In this document: positions 10,203 through 19,371 of the stretch, piece after piece
Numbering within the stretch: the first letter of the stretch is position 1
Layout: each line of letters starts with the position of its first letter
From: Armatimonadota bacterium
Lineage (GTDB): Bacteria > Armatimonadota > Fimbriimonadia > Fimbriimonadales > GBS-DC
Direction: 5' to 3'
Length of the DNA stretch: 36,929 bases
Assembly: GCA_037444405.1 (NCBI GenBank)
Contig: JBBIML010000027.1
Location: forward strand, 1 to 36,929
Notes under the pieces: generated by a model
Database searches by the model: none
What the model saw: the letters and a program-made list of their open reading frames with translations, nothing else
Told to the model about the DNA's origin: nothing
Translations under genes and position numbers: made by a program

Positions 10203-10513
10203 CCTGCGACAATCTCCTTGATGCGCAGCCAGGTCAGCTGCTGGCGATGACCCCAGCGCTTGCGCTCGTTCTTCTTCGGCTTGTATTTGAACCCGATAAT
10301 CTTGGGACCCTTGCCCTGTCGCACCACTTCGGCGATCACCTTCGCGCCCTCGATGTAAGGCGCGCCCACGCGCAGACCTTCGTCGGTGCGAATCAGCAGC
10401 ACCTCCGTCAGCTCGATCTGGCTGCCCGCCTCCGCCTCGATTTTTTCCACACTGATGATGGCGCCTGGTTCCGCGCGATACTGCTTGCCACCCGTTTGAA
10501 CAATCGCATACAT
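10199..10513 (-). CDS. rplU: 50S ribosomal protein L21
   Basis: [12 protein letters not shown]...GHRQ; GGAGG upstream. Confidence 0.97.
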   Translation of the reverse strand: MYAIVQTGGKQYRAEPGAIISVEKIEAEAGSQIELTEVLLIRTDEGLRVGAPYIEGAKVIAEVVRQGKGPKIIGFKYKPKKNERKRWGHRQQLTWLRIKEIVAG

Positions 10514-10604
10514 CGCTCTGGTCTCCTCCATGCAGGGGAACATTGTACCCCATCGGCACGCTGCGTGCAAATCCCGTATTTTGACAGGGGCGCAACGCTG
10601 CCGA

Positions 10605-10620
10605 TGGCACAGAAGTTGCA
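10605..10620 (+). promoter_or_regulatory. Sigma54 (-24/-12) promoter
   Basis: TGGCAC-agaag-TTGCA with exact GG-N10-GC spacing, upstream of a PEP-CTERM gene. Confidence 0.75.
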
Positions 10621-10658
10621 GCAAAAATCAAATCGATGTCCGCTTTTCGGGCATTTCC

Positions 10659-11162
10659 GAGAACTTCGCGTTCAACACGGTTCATTCAGGTGGTACTCCG
10701 GGTGGTCCACCGCCCTGGGCGACGATGACCATCACGAACATCTCGGGTGGGGTGACGATCACGCTTACCAACAGCCCCACCAACCCGCCGGGTCAGTTCC
10801 TCAGTCAGCTGAACCTGCTGTTCAACACACTGCCCAGCGGATTCGACTTCACAGGCGACCCATTCGTCACAAACATCACTCTGGGGAGCTTCATCGATGC
10901 GGGACTGAGCTTCAATGTGAAGGTTGATTTCAGGGTTGCGCCGCCTCCTGCTCGCCTGCTGCCGGGCAACAGCTCGACCTTCAAACTATTCGGCGTCTCG
11001 GAGTCGGACTTCGCGGGTTTGAACGACAGCGCGATGGTGCATATTCAGGGGTTGCCTGATGGTGGCTCCTCGAAAGTGATTGCACCGGAGCCGGGCAGCC
11101 TGATTGCGATTGGCACAGGTCTGGCGAGTCTGCTGGGCTTGCGTCGTCGGCGCGTGGCTTAA
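10659..11162 (+). pseudogene. PEP-CTERM sorting-domain protein apparently lacking its start codon and signal peptide
   Basis: C-terminus APEPGSLIAIGTGLASLLGLRRRRVA; no RBS, start or signal peptide between the promoter motifs and the mature-like sequence ENFAFNTVHSGG. Confidence 0.7.
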
Positions 11163-11174
11163 AGCCTCACACAA

Positions 11175-11213
11175 CCCCTCATCCCCCTCTCCCACAGCAT
11201 CGGGGAGGGGGAT
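11175..11213. repeat. Palindromic repeat (CCCTC family), possible terminator
   Basis: cccctcatccccctctcccacagcatcggggagggggat downstream of the PEP-CTERM gene. Confidence 0.55.
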
Positions 11214-11283
11214 ATCCCTCATTCCGCTCCTCTTCAGGGAACTTCCCGCCAGCGCATGCTATAATAAAAAGTGGTGATGGGCG

Positions 11284-12159
11284 GTGTCCCTGACAGCGTT
11301 GCTGGAATGGTGGAACTTTATTTTCGCGCTGCCGCTAATGGTGGCGATCGTGCTGGCAATCGGGCTGGCGGTCACGGGTGTGATGGACGAGCTGGGCGCG
11401 CATGCTCACGAGAGTGACTCCGCGTCGCATGATGCCGATACCCACGATGCCCATGGCGCAGAGACCCACCATGAGGATGTGAGCGACCATGCAGAAGATG
11501 TGAGCGAGCATGCGACCGAAGGGCATGAGGCGACCGATGCCGACCATCATGGCGAATCGTCGCACGAAGCCTCTCACGCCGCCAAACCCCATGCGGACGA
11601 CCACAGCGACTCGATCGTGTTAAAAACGCTCCATCTGTTTGGGATCGGGATGGGCGTGCCGCTGACCGTGCTGCTGCCAATGCTGATGCTGGTCTGGGGC
11701 GTGGTCGGGCTGGGCGTCAACACACTGCTGCAGCCCCTTCTGAAGCTGCCCGTGCTGTTCGTGCCCGTTTCGATAACGGCAAGCCTGTTCGGCATGGCGC
11801 TGTGCGGGCGTACGACGGGCATCCTCATGCGACGGCTGGGACTGGTGAACAGTGAACCCGCCTTGCGCCGCGCCAATCTCATCGGTTGCAGTGGACGCGC
11901 CGTGTTCGAAATCACCGAGACCACTGGCGTCGCCAATATCCGGAGCCCCACAGGCGACATCCTCCGGGTCAGCTGCCAGACCCTGCCGGGGCAACCGTCG
12001 ATCCCGGCGGGAACCCCTGTGCTGGTTATCAGGTATAATGAAGAGAGTGGCGACTATATTGTGGAGCCACATCCGTTCGACACGAACCTGCCCGAAACGC
12101 ATCGGCAGGAAAGCACCGAACGGCGTCAAACCCATGTCGGGGGACGAACCGACACCTAA
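11284..12159 (+). CDS. YqiJ/NfeD-like membrane protein (flotillin partner) with His/acidic loop
   Basis: TM helices, GVPLTVLL motif, C-terminal OB-fold-like LIGCSGRA..GTPVLVI; directly upstream of a flotillin. Confidence 0.8.
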   Translation: MSLTALLEWWNFIFALPLMVAIVLAIGLAVTGVMDELGAHAHESDSASHDADTHDAHGAETHHEDVSDHAEDVSEHATEGHEATDADHHGESSHEASHAAKPHADDHSDSIVLKTLHLFGIGMGVPLTVLLPMLMLVWGVVGLGVNTLLQPLLKLPVLFVPVSITASLFGMALCGRTTGILMRRLGLVNSEPALRRANLIGCSGRAVFEITETTGVANIRSPTGDILRVSCQTLPGQPSIPAGTPVLVIRYNEESGDYIVEPHPFDTNLPETHRQESTERRQTHVGGRTDT

Positions 12160-12172
12160 GGGGGATTGAACG

Positions 12173-14056
12173 ATGGGACTGATGCTGATAGTGGGAATAG
12201 CGCTGGTGCTGCTGGGCTTTGTCGGCGGCACCTTCGTCGACAACTGGACCTTTGTTCACTCAATCGCATCGTGGCTGGTCGGTGGCTTGCTGATTCTGGT
12301 GTTTGGCTACCTGACCGCTCTGAAGCATCTCTACCTGCGCCCCTCCGCTAATCTCGCCTATGTGATCACGGGCTGGCGTGGACGGCGCGTGCTGATCGAC
12401 CGAAGCGGGCTGTATGTTCCGTTTCTGCACCAGAAAGTGCCCGTCTCGCTGGAGACGATGAAGCTGGAGGTGGAGCGCAAGGGACCCGACGCGCTGATTA
12501 CCCGCGACAACCTGCGGGTGGATGTGAAAGCCGAGTTCTACATTAAGGTGCAACCCGACGAGGACTCCGTACTGAACGCGGCGCGCTCGCTGGGCGATAA
12601 ATCGGTGAACGCCCAGTCGGTGTCGCAACTGGTGTTCGAGAAGCTGGTCTCCGCCCTGCGTAGCGTGGCAGCGACCAAGGACCTGGTGGAGATCCATGCC
12701 CAGCGCGACGCCTTCGCCAGCGCGGTGCAGCAGCTGGTGCGCGCCGACCTCGAACAGAACGGTCTCTCGCTCGAATCGGTGACCATCTCGCGCCTGGACC
12801 AGACCTCGCAGGAGCTGCTCTCCGACACGAACATTTTCGATGCGCAGGGCAAGCGCAAAATCACCGAGATCACACAAGCCGCGCTGGTGGAGCGCAACCG
12901 TCTGGAGCGCGAAGCGCAGCGCGAGATCACCCTGAAGAATGTGCAGACACGCAAGGAGATTCTGGAGCTGGAGCGTCAGCAGGCGGAAGCCGAAGCCGCC
13001 CAGCAAGCCGAAATCGCCAAAGCGCAAGCCGAGAAGAAACGCGAAGCCGATACCTACCGCATCGAGCAGGAGCGCCAGGTGCAGGAGGCGCAAATCCAGC
13101 AGGAGCAAGCCGTGCGCGTCGCCGCCATCGAGCGCGACCGCCTGCTGCTGCTCAAGCAACAGGAGCTGCCGAAGACCGACATCGAACGCGCCAAAGCGAT
13201 TGAGCTTGCCGAACGCGAGAAGCAGATTGCCGTCGCGGAAGCCGAGCGCCAGCGCGCCGAAGCCGAGAAGAAAGCCCTCGAAGCGCAGGCGGAACGCGAA
13301 AAGGCGAACCAGCAGATTATCACCGTGCAGCAGCTCGCCGCCGCCGAACGCGAAGCGCAGACCAAACTCATCGCCGCCAAACAGCAGATCGAGCAGGAGC
13401 GCATCAAGCGCGAGACCGAAGTGCAGGTCGCTGCCTTCGCCGAGGTGAAAAAAGCCGAAGCGCAGAAGCAGGCGGCGGAGCTGGAAGCCGAAGCGATTCG
13501 CATCCGCGCCGAAGCCGAAGCGCAGGCGCGCGAGCAGGTCGCCCGCGGCGAGACCGCCATCAAGATGGTCGATGTGAACATCGCCCGCGAGCAGGTGGAG
13601 GTGGAGCGCGCCCGCGTGGAGGTGGAGCGCCAGGCGCTCGAATATCGCCAGACCTACAGCGAAGCCGCGCTCAAGTTCGAACTGGAGAAACTGCGCGTGG
13701 AAGCCCAGCGCGATGTGCAGGTCGAACTGGCGCGCTCCATCGGGCAGTTCATGAGCCGCGGCAACATGAACATCTTCGGCGACCCCGAAACGCTCGCCCG
13801 CATGACCGAGCAGTACGCGAAGGGGCTGGGGCTGGGCATGGCGCTGGACGGCGCACTCAGCGGACTGCAGGCAATCGGCGACGGCAACGGGCGCTTCAGC
13901 GAGCTGGCACAGCAGCTGATGCAGATTGCCCAGCGTATCGGCGCCGTGCGCATGCAGGCGCAAACCGATTCGGCTGCTGCCGCCTCTGGCTCCACCGAAC
14001 CCGCCACCGAGCCAGAGCCACCCGCCCGCCAGAAGGGCAAAGACGATCAGGGTTGA
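12173..14056 (+). CDS. SPFH/flotillin family protein (YqiK-like)
   Basis: LITRDNLRVDVKAEFYIKV, ALRSVAA, DLEQNGLSLESVTI, NIFDAQG, long AEA-rich coiled coil. Confidence 0.92.
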   Translation: MGLMLIVGIALVLLGFVGGTFVDNWTFVHSIASWLVGGLLILVFGYLTALKHLYLRPSANLAYVITGWRGRRVLIDRSGLYVPFLHQKVPVSLETMKLEVERKGPDALITRDNLRVDVKAEFYIKVQPDEDSVLNAARSLGDKSVNAQSVSQLVFEKLVSALRSVAATKDLVEIHAQRDAFASAVQQLVRADLEQNGLSLESVTISRLDQTSQELLSDTNIFDAQGKRKITEITQAALVERNRLEREAQREITLKNVQTRKEILELERQQAEAEAAQQAEIAKAQAEKKREADTYRIEQERQVQEAQIQQEQAVRVAAIERDRLLLLKQQELPKTDIERAKAIELAEREKQIAVAEAERQRAEAEKKALEAQAEREKANQQIITVQQLAAAEREAQTKLIAAKQQIEQERIKRETEVQVAAFAEVKKAEAQKQAAELEAEAIRIRAEAEAQAREQVARGETAIKMVDVNIAREQVEVERARVEVERQALEYRQTYSEAALKFELEKLRVEAQRDVQVELARSIGQFMSRGNMNIFGDPETLARMTEQYAKGLGLGMALDGALSGLQAIGDGNGRFSELAQQLMQIAQRIGAVRMQAQTDSAAAASGSTEPATEPEPPARQKGKDDQG

Positions 14057-14060
14057 CTTC

Positions 14061-14157
14061 GCCCTCATCCCCGCGACCCCTCTCCCACGCTGTGAGGGAG
14101 GGGGTCTCATTTGCCCCTCTCCCCCGCCTGCGGGGGAGAGGGTACGAGTGAGGGGGC
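14061..14157. repeat. Inverted pair of CCCTC-family palindromic elements
   Basis: gccctcatccccgcgacccctctcccacgctg... and cccccgcctgcgggggagagggtacgagtgaggggg. Confidence 0.75.
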
Positions 14158-14189
14158 TAAGCCGTGTGGGTGTGCTATAATCCCTATCG

Positions 14190-15047
14190 ATGGAAGTAAC
14201 CATGCAAAAGGACAGGCGCGGCTTTACGCTGATCGAGCTGCTGGTGGTAATCGCGATTATCGCGATTCTGGCGGCGATCCTGTTCCCTGTGTTTGCACAG
14301 GCACGGGAGAGCGCACGCCAGAGCCAGTGTACCAGCAACGCCCGCCAAATCGGGATGGGATGGCTGATGTATACTCAGGACTATGACGAAGCGCTGATTG
14401 TGATTAACAGTTTCAGACGCGCCTCGCCGCCCTACGGTCCCGAGGACGGCTGGGTCAACAAAATCAATCCGTACATCAAGACCAAGAGCCGCACCGATCT
14501 GGGCGTCTTCAAGTGCCCCTCCTCGCGCTATCAATACGGCTTTATCGGCTCTGCGTTTGCAATGTCCTATCCGCAGGGCGCGCTGCGGGATGACGCGGGG
14601 CGGGTGGTCATCAGTCAGGGCATGAAGTATTACGCGGGTTTCCCAGAGCCGAGCAAGGCGATTTTCGCTTTTGATACGGGGCGCCGCAACGGGCAGGAAG
14701 CCACCCGCCAGAACAATCAGGGCTGCTTCTTCTACGGCTACATGGATGACCCAGTGGCGGGCGATCCCGACCCTACCAACGAAAACGCGCTGGAACCCGA
14801 CCCGACCGTCACTTACTATGATGACCGCACAGGTCAAACCTTTCGGCGCACGGGCTGGTACTGCGCACCCTTCTGCCTCTGCATGGTAACGCCTGCCAAC
14901 GGTCCCGAACGCGGCAATCGGCTTTATGGGAGCCATCGGGAGGGACATGTGGTGGTGTTCGTGGATGGGCATGCAAAATACTGGACACGCTGGCCCGCAA
15001 ACGAGCCGCCGCGACTTGGCTACTGGCTCAAATACGGTATTCGGTAA
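14190..15047 (+). CDS. Prepilin-type N-terminal cleavage/methylation protein, DUF1559 / H-X9-DG family
   Basis: [55 protein letters not shown]; alternative start 14202. Confidence 0.93.
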   Translation: MEVTMQKDRRGFTLIELLVVIAIIAILAAILFPVFAQARESARQSQCTSNARQIGMGWLMYTQDYDEALIVINSFRRASPPYGPEDGWVNKINPYIKTKSRTDLGVFKCPSSRYQYGFIGSAFAMSYPQGALRDDAGRVVISQGMKYYAGFPEPSKAIFAFDTGRRNGQEATRQNNQGCFFYGYMDDPVAGDPDPTNENALEPDPTVTYYDDRTGQTFRRTGWYCAPFCLCMVTPANGPERGNRLYGSHREGHVVVFVDGHAKYWTRWPANEPPRLGYWLKYGIR

Positions 15048-15052
15048 GAGCG

Positions 15053-16366
15053 ATGGGCGTTCTCTCGGTGATTGCGAAGAAGCGAGACGGCATTGAGCTG
15101 ACACGCGCCGAGCTGGAGCAGATAGTGATGGGCTATGTGCGCGGCGAGGTGCCCGACTATCAGGTCGCCGCGTGGCTAATGGCATCCTTTTTGCGCGGGC
15201 TGAGCGACGCCGAGACGCTCGCCCTCACCGAGATTATGGCGCAATCGGGCGAGCAGCTGAACCTCTCGGAGCTGCCTCCACCCACGCTCGATAAACACTC
15301 CACGGGCGGCGTGGGCGACAAGACGAGCCTGGTGGTCGTGCCCCTGCTATCCGCGGCGGGCGCCACCATCGTGAAGATGTCGGGGCGTGGGCTGGGCTTC
15401 ACAGGCGGCACCGTCGATAAGCTGGAATCGATCCCCGGCTATCGCACCGCGCTCACCGCCAGCGAGATGCTGGCGATTGCACGGCGAATCGGCTGCTGCC
15501 TGACAGGTCAATCGGAGCAGCTGGTGCCTGCCGATAAAAAACTCTATGCCCTGCGCGACGCCACCGCCACCATCGAGAGCATCCCGCTGATTGCCGCCAG
15601 CATCATGAGCAAGAAGCTGGCGGGTGGAGCGCACCACATTCTGCTGGATGTGAAGGTGGGCGCGGGCGCGTTTATGACCACGCGGGAGCGAGCGGAAGCG
15701 TTAGCCCGAACCCTGATCGCGATTGGCACAGGAGCAGGTCGCAAAGTGCGCGCCCTGCTGACCGATATGAGCCAGCCGCTGGGCTATACGGTTGGGAACG
15801 CGCTGGAGGTGCGCGAAGCCATCGAGACGCTGAAGCCTGACGGCAGCGCCCATCCGCGCTTCCGCGAGCTGTGCCTGCGCCTCACCGCCACAGGATTGAC
15901 CCTGTGCGGGCTGAACCCCGATGAAGAATCGGGCTACGCGCGGGCGCAACAGGTGCTGACAAGCGGCGCCGCGCTGGAGAAGTTCCGCCAGCTCGTGGAG
16001 GCGCATGGGGGCGACCCACGCGTGGTGGAGAACCCCGCCCTGCTGCCGACCGCGCCCCTCGTCTATGACTTCATAGCCCCCACAGACGGATTCGTTCACA
16101 CCCTGCACCCGCGCCGGATCGCCGAATCGGCGCTCCTGCTGGGCGCAGGACGCCAGAAAAAGGAGGACGCCATCGACCACGCGGTCGGCATCGAGGTGCT
16201 GAAGTCAGTTGGGGATGCCGTCCAGCAGGGCGAGCCGATCCTGCGCGTTCACGCCCGCACCGAGGCGCAGGTGCAGACGATAATCCCACTGCTTCAGGAG
16301 AGCGTGCAGATTCACCCGCAGCCAGCAAGCCCGGTGCCCATCGTGCTGGCGACGCTGCCCTCATAG
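15053..16366 (+). CDS. pdp: Pyrimidine-nucleoside (thymidine) phosphorylase
   Basis: DKHSTGGVGDK, KMSGRGLGFTGGT.DKLESIPG, LYALRD, SIMSKK. Confidence 0.95.
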   Translation: MGVLSVIAKKRDGIELTRAELEQIVMGYVRGEVPDYQVAAWLMASFLRGLSDAETLALTEIMAQSGEQLNLSELPPPTLDKHSTGGVGDKTSLVVVPLLSAAGATIVKMSGRGLGFTGGTVDKLESIPGYRTALTASEMLAIARRIGCCLTGQSEQLVPADKKLYALRDATATIESIPLIAASIMSKKLAGGAHHILLDVKVGAGAFMTTRERAEALARTLIAIGTGAGRKVRALLTDMSQPLGYTVGNALEVREAIETLKPDGSAHPRFRELCLRLTATGLTLCGLNPDEESGYARAQQVLTSGAALEKFRQLVEAHGGDPRVVENPALLPTAPLVYDFIAPTDGFVHTLHPRRIAESALLLGAGRQKKEDAIDHAVGIEVLKSVGDAVQQGEPILRVHARTEAQVQTIIPLLQESVQIHPQPASPVPIVLATLPS

Positions 16367-16370
16367 GGGT

Positions 16371-17381
16371 TTATGCCGATTCGCGGGGCACCAGGCGGGC
16401 GGGCACGATCAGGCGGCGGGGTTCCACAGGGCGCCCCTCAATCAGATCGATGAGCCGCTGGGTCGCCGCGCGCGCCAGCATCGGGATGTCGATGGCAACC
16501 GAAGTGAGCGCTGGCTCCACGAACGAGCAGAGCGGCGTATCGTTGAAGCCAATCACTGCCACATCGTCGGGGACGCGCAACCCATGCCGTTGCGCCTGAC
16601 GCATCGCGCCAATTGCCAGCACATCGTCGAACGCCAGCACCGCATCGGGGCGCGGCGAGCAGCTCAACAGCTCCTCCATCGCGCGGGCGCCGCCCTGCTC
16701 GCTGGAGGCGCCGAACGCCACCAGATGCGGGTCATAATCGATTCCGTGCGACTCCAGCGCCGCGCGATAGCCGCGCAGGCGGTCGCGCGTAACAGTCAGC
16801 CCTGCTGGGCCACCGATATAGGCGATGCGCTGGCGCCCCTGCCGCAGCAGATACTCGGTTGCCATGCGCGCGGCGCCGATGTTATCGTTATCGACGGTGC
16901 AGATGGCGTCCTCTGGCTCGTAGCGCCCGATCAGCACGAAGGGGAAGCCCTGCGCGGTGAGGCGGGCAATCCGCTCGTCGCGCGTCTCCGATTCCACCAG
17001 GATCAGCCCGTCCACGCGGCGCGTGCGCAGCAGCTCCTCATAGATGGCGCGTTGCCCCTTGACCGTGCGGGCGGCGTCCACACACAGGTGATAACCCTGT
17101 CGCCCCGCCTGATCGATGATGGAGGCGATCAGTGCGCTGAAGAAGGGGTCATGGGCGAGGGCGGTCGGGGCGCGATGCACCACGGAACCGAGCAGGCGTG
17201 TGCGTTGCGCCCGCAGCGACTGCGCACGGGCGTCAGGCACATAGCCGAGCGCGTCCACCACTGCCAGCACCCGCTGACGCAGCTCCTCGTTCACCTGCGG
17301 GTCATTGTTCAGCACGCGCGAGACGGTCGCCTGCGAGACCCGCGCCAGCCGTGCAATCTCCTTCTGCCCGATCTCCGCCAT
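16371..17381 (-). CDS. LacI family transcriptional regulator
   Basis: HTH IARLARVSQATVSRVLN; sugar-binding domain VPDDVAVIGFND, PALTSV. Confidence 0.95.
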   Translation of the reverse strand: MAEIGQKEIARLARVSQATVSRVLNNDPQVNEELRQRVLAVVDALGYVPDARAQSLRAQRTRLLGSVVHRAPTALAHDPFFSALIASIIDQAGRQGYHLCVDAARTVKGQRAIYEELLRTRRVDGLILVESETRDERIARLTAQGFPFVLIGRYEPEDAICTVDNDNIGAARMATEYLLRQGRQRIAYIGGPAGLTVTRDRLRGYRAALESHGIDYDPHLVAFGASSEQGGARAMEELLSCSPRPDAVLAFDDVLAIGAMRQAQRHGLRVPDDVAVIGFNDTPLCSFVEPALTSVAIDIPMLARAATQRLIDLIEGRPVEPRRLIVPARLVPRESA

Positions 17382-17437
17382 CGTTCACACCTGGGTCCAG
17401 AATACGAATTCCACCCTCTATTATAGCACAGAGGGCG

Positions 17438-18757
17438 CTACACGCGGTCGGGCACTTCGAAGCCTTTTGCGTAGCGCTCACGGCGCAGCATGCGGTTCGC
17501 CTCGCGGTCGTCGATGAACTGCTTGCGGCTGGGATCGAAGCGCAGGGCGCGCTGGAGCCGATAGGAGATGTTCGCCAGATGCACCAGCTGGGCGGAGATG
17601 ACGCCCTCTTCCACCTCGCAGTGCAGGTCGTCGCGGCGTCGGCTGCGCACCGCCTGAATGAAGTTGCGGTAATGGTTCGGCTCGCCTGTGCCTTTGAGCG
17701 GGGGCAGATTCAGGTTTTCAGCGGGCGTCAGTTCCTCCTGCGGGGAGCGGCGCGGCTTGTAGCCGTCGCCCGACGACATATAGCCCAGCGAGCCGTACAC
17801 CAGATTGCCGATTTTGGCGCCCTGCTCGTCGTTGGTGAACAGCCCGCGCACTTCGAACACGAGCAGGGAGCCGTCCTCAAATTCGAAGGTCGCCACCTGT
17901 GTGTTGGGCGTTTCGCCCTGGTCCTTGTAGCCGTAGCGCCCGCCGACGGAGTAAACGCGCACGGGGTAGCGTTTGTTCAGGAACCAGCGGGCGATATCCA
18001 TCTGATGCACGCCCTGATTGCCAATATCACCGTTGCCATAGAGCCAGAACCAGTGCCAGTTGTAATGCACATAGTTGGGGTTGAAGCGTCGGCGCGGGGC
18101 AGGTCCCTGCCACAGCTCCCAGTGCAGCCATGGGGGCGGATCGCTGTCGGGCTGGAAGCCGATGGGTCCGCGCGGCTTGTAGCACAGCCCGCGCACGAGG
18201 TACACCTGCCCGATCTCGCCTGCCCACACGCGCTGGACAGCGTTGCGCGTGGTGGGGTCGGAGCGCATCTGGTGTCCCACCTGCACGATGCGGTTATACT
18301 TGCGGGCGGCTTCAATCATCTTCTCGCCTTCGTGAAAGCTCCAGCAGGCAGGCTTCTCCACATAGACATCCTTGCCCGCCTGACATGCCCAGATGGTGAT
18401 GAGCGCGTGCCAATGGTTCGGTGTGGCAGTGGAGATGACATCCACATCATTATCTTCCAGCAGCTGGCGCACATCGGTGTAGAGCTTGGGGCGTTTGCCC
18501 TGTTGTTGCTCCACCATCGCGGCGCCCTGGGGCAGCAGGCGCTCGTCCACATCGCAGAGCGCGACAATCTGCACGCCCTCAATCGTCAGAAAGTTGCGGA
18601 TATGCGTTTTGCCCTGCCCGTTGAAGCCTACCACCGCAACGCTAATGGTGTCGTTGGGGCTGAAGCTCCAGCCGCGCAGCACGGTCAGCCCCGCCGCCGC
18701 GCCGAGTATCAGCCGCCCCGATTGAACCAGAAAAGTGCGCCGATCGATCCGCTCCAT
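17438..18757 (-). CDS. Tat-exported Gfo/Idh/MocA oxidoreductase
   Basis: DRRTFL twin-arginine signal, ATPNHWH, GKDVYVEKP, NQGVHQMD. Confidence 0.92.
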   Translation of the reverse strand: MERIDRRTFLVQSGRLILGAAAGLTVLRGWSFSPNDTISVAVVGFNGQGKTHIRNFLTIEGVQIVALCDVDERLLPQGAAMVEQQQGKRPKLYTDVRQLLEDNDVDVISTATPNHWHALITIWACQAGKDVYVEKPACWSFHEGEKMIEAARKYNRIVQVGHQMRSDPTTRNAVQRVWAGEIGQVYLVRGLCYKPRGPIGFQPDSDPPPWLHWELWQGPAPRRRFNPNYVHYNWHWFWLYGNGDIGNQGVHQMDIARWFLNKRYPVRVYSVGGRYGYKDQGETPNTQVATFEFEDGSLLVFEVRGLFTNDEQGAKIGNLVYGSLGYMSSGDGYKPRRSPQEELTPAENLNLPPLKGTGEPNHYRNFIQAVRSRRRDDLHCEVEEGVISAQLVHLANISYRLQRALRFDPSRKQFIDDREANRMLRRERYAKGFEVPDRV

Positions 18758-18821
18758 CGCTTCGCCTCCCGTGCATCCGAACGATTCGCGCCTGACAGAG
18801 CCGAATCCTGCCCTTAACCCC

Positions 18822-18849
18822 TAAAGATTACCAGCCTCTCTGCCGATAA
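18822..18849 (+). promoter_or_regulatory. Sigma28 (FliA/SigD)-type promoter
   Basis: TAAA-N16-GCCGATAA, 54 nt upstream of the 18904 start. Confidence 0.75.
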
Positions 18850-18903
18850 TATTGACGGGACACGCGTGAACCCAAAAATCCCTCACTCTGAAGGAGGTTA
18901 ACG

Positions 18904-19302
18904 ATGCAGAAGGTGTTCTTTGCGACAGGTGGTTCGGAGTTCAGCCGCTATGCGAGCGGCACGCCTAACAGCTGGTACATCTGCACATCGACCAGCACCG
19001 AGCAGGCGCTCACCGAGTATCAACAGGGCAACTGGAGCGCCATCTTCGTCTATGTCGACAGCCCGACCGGCGCGACGGGTCAGTTCAACGCCCAGTCGTT
19101 CATCAACTTCGTGCGCACCCGGTCAACCAACCCGAACATCCCCGTGTTTCTGATCATTCCCACCCAGTTCGCATCGCAGGCGACCAGCTGGCAGCAGAGC
19201 CTGAACGCGACCGGCTATGTCATCTGGGACCCAAACAACCCCGCTGAGTTCGTGAATCAGGTCCAGACCACGCTCACTCGCTACAATGTCGTGGCTGCCT
19301 GA
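18904..19302 (+). CDS. Atypical (pseudo) receiver-domain protein, S/T/N/Q-rich
   Basis: Strong RBS GAAGGAGG; SAIFVYVDSP, NPNIPVFLII and LNATGYVIWDP align by eye to CheY-like beta3, beta4 and beta5. Confidence 0.7.
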   Translation: MQKVFFATGGSEFSRYASGTPNSWYICTSTSTEQALTEYQQGNWSAIFVYVDSPTGATGQFNAQSFINFVRTRSTNPNIPVFLIIPTQFASQATSWQQSLNATGYVIWDPNNPAEFVNQVQTTLTRYNVVAA

Positions 19303-19324
19303 GTGAACGCGCTTCTGAGACGCC

Positions 19325-19362
19325 GAAACCCCTCCCCACTCTGGGGAGGGGTTTCTATTTTT
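19325..19362 (+). terminator. Intrinsic terminator between convergent genes
   Basis: Perfect 14-bp stem gaaacccctcccca/tggggaggggtttc followed by tattttt. Confidence 0.85.
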
Positions 19363-19371
19363 GTGGGGAGC

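Noticed and set aside
10530..10658. Upstream ATG as the start of the PEP-CTERM gene
   Set aside because: Runs across the rplU promoter and the sigma54 site, lacks an SD, and encodes no signal peptide
12260..14338. 692-aa antisense ORF, and similar long shadows such as 678-2084, 9111-10685, 17198-18817 and 19303-20700
   Set aside because: Antisense to well-supported genes; expected from high-GC codon bias; no motifs
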